A DNA stretch of 64,000 nucleotides, taken from contig DAOMFR010000019.1 of NCBI GenBank assembly GCA_035429885.1, positions 67-64,066 of the forward strand, read 5' to 3'. The stretch's first letter is position 1; the number at the start of each line of letters is the position of its first letter. Shown piece after piece: positions 12,701 to 19,012 of this stretch. The translations under genes and the position numbers were made by a program. The notes under the pieces are model-generated. The model searched no databases and was not told the DNA's origin. It saw only the letters and a list, made by a program, of their open reading frames with translations. This DNA comes from Blastocatellia bacterium. Its GTDB lineage: Bacteria; Acidobacteriota; Blastocatellia; RBC074.

Positions 12701-15700
12701 GCAGTGCAACATTCAGCGCTTCTGCCGTGCGTTCGGCCATCAGATTGATCTGCTGCGAGGCCGGAGCGACCGCGAAGGTGAATTGTTCGTAGCCCGGTTC
12801 GATGGTTTGTGCGTCCGGCAAAGGGCGATCCAGGCTGGCGGGATCATAAGCGGGAATGTTCGGTTTGACTGGCACGGGCTGGTCCGGGAAGTCAACGTTT
12901 CGCACCGCAGGCCATTTATCCGTGTTGGCTCGATCTTTGGGTTCGACGCCGTGTTCACCCTGGGTATCGTCAACTGTGCGCGTAAAGAACACGAGTTTTT
13001 CCGGCTCTTGCAGTTCGACATTGATCACGCCGCCGCCTTCGCCCTCTGCCGCAACTTCCAGGAGGATTTGCGGCTTCGGATAAACGTTCGGCTTTTCCTG
13101 GCTGGCCTGAACATTCCACAACGGAACCTGCCAGCCTTCATTCGGAATATCGCTTCCCCAATCGCTATCCACGTTGATGACACGGCTTTTGAATTCATCG
13201 CCCGTCACGAACCCGCGCGAAATGGCCTCGGCACCGAATTCGGGATATTTGCGAACGGGCTGTAAGAGTTCGACGAACTCGCGCACTTTTCGCAGCAGGG
13301 GGCGTCCCAGATGATGTTCCTGCTTGTCTTTGAACTGCTCAGTAGGCGCAACAGTGCGTTCGTAAATGATGACGTGCTTGGCCAGATTCCAGAACGCCCC
13401 GATGCGGCCAATCCGTTCGATGCTATAAAAGTATGTCCGCCCCATCGCCACGTTGGCATAAATCGTGGTCAGTCCGCCGTTAAACACCGCTTTCTGATTT
13501 CCCCATCCGCCCAGCGAGGAAAAGAACGGATTGGCCAGTTGGCTGCCGTCAAAAGATTTCGGCTCACTGAGCAACTGGTCGTAAATGTTGGCGGATTCGA
13601 ATCCCCAAGTGACGCCGCCTACCAACCCATCCGGCGGCGAGGACGCTCGGCGAGGATCGTTTTCTGGAACTAATTTGGTCGAAATTGGATACCGCAGCTT
13701 CGCCGTGTTTCTCAACTCATAGTTCACGCCTTCCGTGACAATCAGATTCGCGGGTTGATTGGCATCGTAAGCTTCCAGAACAGACAGGCGGGACAAATAG
13801 CGACTGTAAAGCTCCGCCCACGCGCGGCGAAATTCTTTGTAAACCTCCAGCTGCCGGCTGGAAGCGGAAGTTTTCCATTTCAAATCCCGGCTCAATCGTC
13901 CAGGAATCTGGCCGAGTTTTGAATCGAGTTCCGCAAGCCGCAAAAACGGATAAGTGACTTGGCAGGCTAAGCCGTAAAACAGTTCAAAGCGCGCGTTCAC
14001 AATGCTGGCGCCGGGCGCGCGTTGCCCGGGAAAGCCCAGAATTCGCCGTAAATTCCAGGGCGCTTCGGCAAATCGCTGCTTGAAAAACGATGGCTTCAGG
14101 TTGAGTTTGGCCAAGGGCGAGAATCGGAAATCTATTGGCGCATTTTCCGGCACATCTTCGTGCTTGCCGGTCAGCTTCCATTTTTCCATCGCTTCGCCAA
14201 GGCCCTGTGGCGGCAGAAACAGGTTGAATCCTTCGCTGCTGCCGATCAGTTCCCAGCTTGCGCCTTCATCGGCAGTGGCAGACCAATTGCCGATTTCGCG
14301 TATACCTTCCTGCGCAGAACCGACAAACGGCGGAGCTTCGACCAGGGCAACCAAAAACGGCTGCGCATCCAGCGAGATCAGTCTTTGCTGGCCACGCAAT
14401 TGGCTGGAACCTGAACCATATTCCAGCAACCGCATGGAAAGTGTCTGAGATTGCTCCGCTTCGGTTCTCTCTTCGAAATCGAGCATAAATTGCGGCTTCC
14501 GGGTTTGATCCAAAGCCGATTGCTCTGCGGAGCTTTTCAACAATGCGTTGGCCAAGTGGGAAGGAAATGGAATCAACAATGGGCGGCGGCGGCGAAATTG
14601 CCGCTCCAAGCCAGCTTCAAATTCTTCCTCCGCCGTCAGCGTGACGGTGTCGCAAGAACCGAGCACATCGGCTGAAACAAATTCTTCGCCGGGCAAATCG
14701 TCTTGTCCGCCCGGCACCAGATCGAACAGCGCCAGACGGCCTTTGATGTTCACTGTCAACACTTCCGCAGAATACAAATCTCCCAAAGCGGCTTTGCGAA
14801 AACAGACCCGCAGCAGCGAATCCGCCGCAAGTTGCAAATCGGCAAGACGCGCTTGTTTGGCAGGACGTTCGGGAAACACCAAATCCAATGCTCCGACGCG
14901 CGAAATCTGTTCATCGGAATTTCCTGGCAAATGCTCGGTTTGGAACGAAAACGGGAGCGATTCTTTTTCGATAAGCAGCTCATCGGGCTTGCCGTTTTTG
15001 AATTGCGTGCTGACGACCCGGTACGTCAGCCGTAACGGTTCGCCAACTTGGGACAAAAATCCGGGCAAGATGGCTTTGGTGGCGAACTCACTCAGGCTGG
15101 GATAAAGAGAGCGCACCCTAAGTCCGATTCCTCCAGCTCGAAACTTATCACTGTGCAAATCGAACTTGTTATCATCAAAGACCAAATCGCGCGAACCGTC
15201 AGTCATTTTTGCCATCAACGTCCAGCGCGGCGCGGCCAGGGGCGGTTCCGGTGGAGTTCCCCCCGGCACATTTTCCCGCTCGGCCCTTGGCGGATCTTGC
15301 AGCAAATCTTCTCCGGCGGTGAACATCCAAACGGGCATGAAGGAAACCGGGCGACCATCCTGAATCATGTGCAATGCGTGCAGATAGGGCCGGGCGATGG
15401 AATTGTTCCAAAGCTGAAGCACGCTGGTGTGCGGAATGCCTTCAAGCTGCACGACCCATTGGCCGAGCGGAAGTTGATCGTACTGTGTTGTATTGCGATT
15501 GCGGGGTTGGCGCTGGACAATGGTCAGCGGAGCCAGATTCTCATCGTCCAGGTTAAGAGCCTCTGTCTGAGCCTTGCAGATATTCAGCCGCGCATCTTCC
15601 TGCCATTCATTCTCGCCACTGCATCGGCTGACGCGAATATCCGGCGAGGGCGAAAGCACTTTGTGATCAACGCCCGGATGAAGAGAGAGTCTGCGGCTGA

Positions 15701-16337
15701 ATACCAGATGAATCGTAGCAGTTGTGCTCGGCAATCCGGATTCTTCCAGGCAAGCAAAGGTCACCTGGATTTTTGACCGAGGATCATTAGGACTGTCGTT
15801 TGGTTGTTCCGGCGGACCGTCTGATGCGAGTCCCAATCGTCTGGCCAGATCGGGAAGCTCACCAACGCGCCCAATGACCAACGCCTTGTTCCTAAGAGAT
15901 TCAAGCGGCTCGTTTTCGATATCCTCTAGCGCGCCTCTCACTTCCGGGAAAGGGGCCAACCCCGGCGGCCCGATCATTTCCAAAGATTCAACGACAATCT
16001 GCCCGTTGGTCCTGATCTTCAATTGGCAATCGAATTGAAGAACCGGCTTTGCCCCGGTTTTGCGCAGCAAACAACGGATTAGGCAATTGATCCGAATCTC
16101 TTTGCGATTGCTGCTGATTCTCACCTGTTCGCTGCCGTCTTCGTTTTGGGGCAGCACATCAAGAATCAGCAAGGGCTGACCTGACGTATTGACGTCAAAA
16201 AGCACAATGCGGTCAAACCCGACCAAGGGCGCATTTGTCGGACTTTCTTGCGCCCGCTTGTTCACAAGATTCAATTCCAGTTTGAGTTCCAAAGCTCCGG
16301 AGAGTGACTGGCGGTAAGCGCGTAGGATCGTTGGCAT
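9798..16337 (-). CDS. Giant hypothetical protein, 2179 aa, with a central ~500-aa amphipathic helical region and a C-terminal Gly/hydrophobic beta-rich module
   Basis: Uninterrupted 6.5-kb ORF with an AGGAG SD (16346-16350) upstream of the ATG at 16337. Residues ~1197-1700 are nearly free of Pro and Gly and are rich in charged residues, Gln and Ala. Residues ~1962-2140 show alternating hydrophobic strands with GGGG/GGG turns. No catalytic or secretion motif was recognised. Confidence 0.85.
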   Translation of the reverse strand: MPTILRAYRQSLSGALELKLELNLVNKRAQESPTNAPLVGFDRIVLFDVNTSGQPLLILDVLPQNEDGSEQVRISSNRKEIRINCLIRCLLRKTGAKPVLQFDCQLKIRTNGQIVVESLEMIGPPGLAPFPEVRGALEDIENEPLESLRNKALVIGRVGELPDLARRLGLASDGPPEQPNDSPNDPRSKIQVTFACLEESGLPSTTATIHLVFSRRLSLHPGVDHKVLSPSPDIRVSRCSGENEWQEDARLNICKAQTEALNLDDENLAPLTIVQRQPRNRNTTQYDQLPLGQWVVQLEGIPHTSVLQLWNNSIARPYLHALHMIQDGRPVSFMPVWMFTAGEDLLQDPPRAERENVPGGTPPEPPLAAPRWTLMAKMTDGSRDLVFDDNKFDLHSDKFRAGGIGLRVRSLYPSLSEFATKAILPGFLSQVGEPLRLTYRVVSTQFKNGKPDELLIEKESLPFSFQTEHLPGNSDEQISRVGALDLVFPERPAKQARLADLQLAADSLLRVCFRKAALGDLYSAEVLTVNIKGRLALFDLVPGGQDDLPGEEFVSADVLGSCDTVTLTAEEEFEAGLERQFRRRRPLLIPFPSHLANALLKSSAEQSALDQTRKPQFMLDFEERTEAEQSQTLSMRLLEYGSGSSQLRGQQRLISLDAQPFLVALVEAPPFVGSAQEGIREIGNWSATADEGASWELIGSSEGFNLFLPPQGLGEAMEKWKLTGKHEDVPENAPIDFRFSPLAKLNLKPSFFKQRFAEAPWNLRRILGFPGQRAPGASIVNARFELFYGLACQVTYPFLRLAELDSKLGQIPGRLSRDLKWKTSASSRQLEVYKEFRRAWAELYSRYLSRLSVLEAYDANQPANLIVTEGVNYELRNTAKLRYPISTKLVPENDPRRASSPPDGLVGGVTWGFESANIYDQLLSEPKSFDGSQLANPFFSSLGGWGNQKAVFNGGLTTIYANVAMGRTYFYSIERIGRIGAFWNLAKHVIIYERTVAPTEQFKDKQEHHLGRPLLRKVREFVELLQPVRKYPEFGAEAISRGFVTGDEFKSRVINVDSDWGSDIPNEGWQVPLWNVQASQEKPNVYPKPQILLEVAAEGEGGGVINVELQEPEKLVFFTRTVDDTQGEHGVEPKDRANTDKWPAVRNVDFPDQPVPVKPNIPAYDPASLDRPLPDAQTIEPGYEQFTFAVAPASQQINLMAERTAEALNVALRNVTMVRARLRTVEEFTEGAQRNGVIAAREGVAKLKRITEQTEEILQTILSKLPKDGNVTQAAVTELTKTIDELIAKHNSSDGLKGNFNALINQTVGDKKLSDLFRGQNVLCGVLNNATDAAIDFAQDRVIKLFADIEADLHKSIDRLSQATGNLKDNVIGAINEYGRRIEDLFTIVNTGLEELMRQAETGYQAALDFKTQAEREINAVINIADKLTTEGSARARQEIEELRRRLQALLRKLESAARSGTETKLAGLIEKVRSNIASLGQKIDVQLGEIDKKLQQGATNVKTELEAFRSNLSTAFVQLENDLKNLRTEIQAALSQAQAEVNKPRQVIKGIQAKLVAAVNQAQATPAALRQAVSDVVNQAESDFRQAIVDAKAKVREITCNVLVAKLLDEASEFGNVLNNLLGGGNVADHFLEKLKAQLTASIGKPFAELRGDIERVFDDIRFRLAPFADRVNQALGEFAGLADETLHQIGDTTLRLLRAFGDAPRVPMLDFNRLRLAYYFDELKRHVDLTPVTALFNRLGDDLKGFGLRFPVANLLDRVVPDALENFDFSNLFPDFAGLKLEKLFSGLKFPLLPKLPGIGNGENVKVTHGVDTQARRAWVKATINVPLTDKATIFSFGPVELKLAKATFTSEAMITAELGSAPRLKVQGQIKGDWELIILGTSVVTFRETTLTFNDQGKIRFDISTDKIEMAGALQFLTDLLKKFLPSSGDDLPPIRLIIIDGKPAGVETVIDLPLPPVQLGAFGISGLVMGAGFRLLLRPVSTGIEFALGVALSFGKKEDPFTLTIFILGGGGWFDTRLTYYPLNNRLLGDITIGITASASLAIALGPIKGSVSITFGIYADFHIDTGGGSAFAITLMLLLKGEVEVLSIVSVSISLLLEAQYSSDGSLVGRGTLKVRIKICWCFTFKFSKTVTYTFKKGSGSGSQAAIASSFALELAAAGDEFDLAAAEYLAMFE

Positions 16338-16588
16338 AAATCTAACTCCTGGCCGCTAGGCAGTGAAATGGCAGTTCTGAAGTTGTAATTGATGACTGTG
16401 CGATCAACTTGAGAACAGTTATTCGCAAAAGCAATTCCAAGATTGCTTTTCTTAAAGACGCATGCCTGTTGTTTGGTAAGAGGGCTGCTGCTACTCAGCC
16501 AAGTGGAGGACCGATCACTGCGATCCGGCTGACCCAGAATTTTCCCCACAAATCACTGGCTATACACACGGCCGAAGCAACGCCGCGC

Positions 16589-16618
16589 ACTCTACGCCCG
16601 GCAACTTCCGATTGTCAA
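16589..16618 (-). promoter_or_regulatory. Candidate sigma70-type promoter for the giant-ORF operon
   Basis: On the minus strand: TTGACA (16618-16613), an 18-nt spacer, then TAGAGT (16594-16589). This would give a ~250-nt 5' leader. Confidence 0.3.
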
Positions 16619-16734
16619 TCTTTTCATTTGGCCCACTGACAAATTCCCGAAAACAATTGTGAAAGCATGGGCGATCCAAAGCTGAGAACGTTGGGGGGGA
16701 ATATTCATCTATGTGAAACGGCAACGGTGTTGTG

Positions 16735-17211
16735 CTAAGCCTGAGACTTCGTCAAGTCGGCGAGCGTCGCGGAAGCGGCTCGTTGCAAATCGGCGGGGGC
16801 CAGAATCATTTGGATTCCGCGCTGACCGGCGCTGACGCTCAGGCGTTCGTGGTTGGGCGCGGTTTGATCCAGGTAAAACGGATACTTCTTTTTCGTGCCC
16901 AGCGGAGACACGCCTCCGCGAATGTACCCGGTCAGGGCTTGGATTTCTTTGACGGCGACCAGTTCGACCTTTTTGTTGCCGGTGGCGGCCGCGAATTTTT
17001 TCAGGTCGAGTTCGGCGTTGCCGGGAATGCAGGCCATGATCACTCCGGTTTTGTCGCCGCGAGCGACCAGCGTTTTGAACGTCGCTTCCGGAGGCATGTT
17101 CACTTTGCGAGCGACGGTAATGGCGTCGAGTTCGTCTTCGTTCACTTCGTATTCGCGCAGTTCGTAGGCGATCTTCAGTTGATCCAGCATTCGTGCGGCA
17201 ATGGTTTTCAT
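16735..17211 (-). CDS. ybaK: Cys-tRNA(Pro)/Cys-tRNA(Cys) deacylase, YbaK/EbsC family
   Basis: 158 aa. Full-length resemblance to YbaK/EbsC ([10 protein letters not shown]...YELREY..., FKTLV..., [11 protein letters not shown]). Confidence 0.85.
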   Translation of the reverse strand: MKTIAARMLDQLKIAYELREYEVNEDELDAITVARKVNMPPEATFKTLVARGDKTGVIMACIPGNAELDLKKFAAATGNKKVELVAVKEIQALTGYIRGGVSPLGTKKKYPFYLDQTAPNHERLSVSAGQRGIQMILAPADLQRAASATLADLTKSQA

Positions 17212-17293
17212 CGTTTAGTTCTCTTGGGTGAAAGTTTCCGGTGAAGCAAGTAATTAAGCCATTTGCGCGTTCCAGGCAAGATGGCGGCAGAAA

Positions 17294-17322
17294 TTGACAG
17301 ATGCGCCCTTCGTAAAGATACT
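17294..17322 (+). promoter_or_regulatory. Candidate promoter of the blaI-like gene, possibly giving a leaderless mRNA
   Basis: TTGACA (17294-17299), a 17-nt spacer, then GATACT (17317-17322). The ATG at 17331 lies about 8 nt downstream and has no SD. Confidence 0.35.
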
Positions 17323-17330
17323 GCACGGCG

Positions 17331-17807
17331 ATGAAGCTGTCTCAATTCCAACACAATCAGAAACCAGAGTTGGGGAAACCGGCAAATCCGGCGGTCAAAG
17401 ATTTAGGGCCGCTGGAACGATCGGTCATGGAATTCGTTTGGCAACAGTACGAAACCAACAAGGACGCCAATGTGAAAGTCAGTGTGCGCGATGTGGTTTT
17501 GGCGTTCGACGGACGACTGGCCTACACCACGCTGATGACGACGTTGGATCGGTTGTATAAAAAAGGGTTGTTGCAACGACAGAAAGATGGCCGCGCGTTT
17601 GTGTATACGCCGAGTTTGTCTGCGCAGGAATTGGAACGTAGCTTTGCGCGCAATGTGATTGATGCGCTGTTGGGACGTGGGGAACACGGCGTTGAACCGG
17701 TGTTGGCTTGCATTGTGGACGCTGTTAGCGAACACGATCGCGAATTGCTGGATAATCTGGATCGGTTGATTCAGCAAAAACGGCAAACGCTTGAGGAACA
17801 GGAGTGA
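17331..17807 (+). CDS. BlaI/MecI/CopY family transcriptional repressor
   Basis: Winged-helix N-terminus typical of the family (LERSVMEFVW...VRDVVLAF...AYTTLMTTLDRLYKKGLLQRQKDGRAFVYTP). Confidence 0.85.
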   Translation: MKLSQFQHNQKPELGKPANPAVKDLGPLERSVMEFVWQQYETNKDANVKVSVRDVVLAFDGRLAYTTLMTTLDRLYKKGLLQRQKDGRAFVYTPSLSAQELERSFARNVIDALLGRGEHGVEPVLACIVDAVSEHDRELLDNLDRLIQQKRQTLEEQE

Positions 17808-18832
17808 TGACAATGTACGAGTGGTTGGGAATTTGTTTGGCATTGTCCGCTCTGTTGACGCTGAACGCTGCAATCTCGGCGCTGACGGCAATGGTTTGGC
17901 GATTGGTGCAGGCGCGCGCGAACCATTGGTCGGCCAAGACAAAAGCTCAATGGATTTTTGTCTTGCGTGTGTTTCCGGGAATTGCTTCGTTGATCAGTGT
18001 CGCGGTGTTTTTGATTCCTGCCTACATTGCGCACGAACCTCGCCATCAATCGGAACATGTCACGATCAAGCTGGCAGCGCTGGCGGCTTTTTCTGCTGCC
18101 GGAGTGGTCCTGGCAGGCTGGCGAGGATTGGCCGCCTGGCGCGTGACGCGCAACCTGATTCGCCAATGGCTTGCCAATTCTGAATCCATTTCACTGAACC
18201 CAGCCACAATTCAGGTTCCCGCGTACCGGTTGCGGCATGCATTCCCGGTCATTGCGGTTGTCGGGACGTTTCGCCCGAAACTGTTCATTGCGGATTTTCT
18301 GTTTGATTCCTTAACACCGAAAGAATTGGCTGCGGCGATCGCTCACGAATGTGGGCATCTGGCGGCGCGCGACAATTTGAAGCGCACCTTATTAAGAATT
18401 TGCCGCGACGTGTTGACGATTGTTCCTTGCGGGCGTGCGTTGGATCGGTACTGGGCAGAAGCTTCCGAAGAGGCCGCTGATGAATTTGCCGCTCAGCACA
18501 GCGGCCGGACAGCGTTGGAACTGGCTTCGGCGCTCGTAAAAATTGCGCGTTTGGTTCCGCAAGGGGGAAGTCCGATTCTTTCCGCCAAAACCGCCGGAGC
18601 GTTGTTGATTGGCCAGGATTTGACTGGACTCGCCCGCAGAGTCACGCGGTTGACGGAACTAGCCTCCGCGACGAAAACGCATCATTCCATGGAGCTAGAT
18701 GCTCCTACAGCTGTTCCGGCATCGTTATGGTTATTGGCAGGCACGTTGCTGATGGCAATCGCCATGTTGGCCAATTCTTCCCTCGCAACCGTTCATAAAT
18801 GGATCGAATTCACGGTTTCGATTCTGCAATAG
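17804..18832 (+). CDS. BlaR1-like M56 family membrane metallopeptidase lacking an extracellular sensor domain
   Basis: ATGA overlap with the blaI-like gene. N-terminal TM helices and an HExxH zinc site (AIAHECGHLAARDN). At 342 aa it has no penicillin-binding-type sensor domain. There is also a C-terminal TM segment. Confidence 0.8.
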   Translation: MMTMYEWLGICLALSALLTLNAAISALTAMVWRLVQARANHWSAKTKAQWIFVLRVFPGIASLISVAVFLIPAYIAHEPRHQSEHVTIKLAALAAFSAAGVVLAGWRGLAAWRVTRNLIRQWLANSESISLNPATIQVPAYRLRHAFPVIAVVGTFRPKLFIADFLFDSLTPKELAAAIAHECGHLAARDNLKRTLLRICRDVLTIVPCGRALDRYWAEASEEAADEFAAQHSGRTALELASALVKIARLVPQGGSPILSAKTAGALLIGQDLTGLARRVTRLTELASATKTHHSMELDAPTAVPASLWLLAGTLLMAIAMLANSSLATVHKWIEFTVSILQ

Positions 18833-19012
18833 ATTGGAAAATGATTCGGTTACGATTGCTGGTAGTAATACGTCCCACCAACTAGCATCTACAGCTTGAC
18901 GCCTGACTGGTCCAAGCAGGCGCAATTCACTAATCAACAGATACTCAAAAATTGATTTCTGACTGATCAAGGCGGTCGGAAACGGAAAATTTAACTTAAG
19001 GAGTCGCACACA

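Noticed and set aside
4119-16337. Interpreting the giant ORF pair as a Tc/ABC toxin, RHS/YD toxin, T6SS effector, repeat adhesin or phage tape-measure protein
   Set aside because: I see no YD/RHS repeats, SpvB, PAAR or VgrG motifs and no Ig-like, cadherin or hemagglutinin tandem repeats. There are no neighbouring phage, eCIS or secretion-system genes and no signal peptides. The helical tract alone is too generic to assign any of these families.
16271-16549. A 92-aa minus-strand ORF in the leader of the giant operon that overlaps the start of the 2179-aa gene
   Set aside because: It has no SD and a low-complexity Ser-rich sequence. It overlaps a well-supported start by 67 nt in a different frame. 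It is more likely non-coding leader.
16709-17326. A 205-aa minus-strand ORF overlapping ybaK in another frame, and a 170-aa plus-strand ORF at 16732-17244
   Set aside because: The 158-aa frame (16735-17211) matches the YbaK/EbsC family over its full length. The alternatives are Arg-rich with no motifs.
18833-19012. A possible riboswitch (for example cobalamin) upstream of the TonB-dependent receptor
   Set aside because: I found no B12-box-like sequence and no other recognisable riboswitch core in the 180-bp leader.
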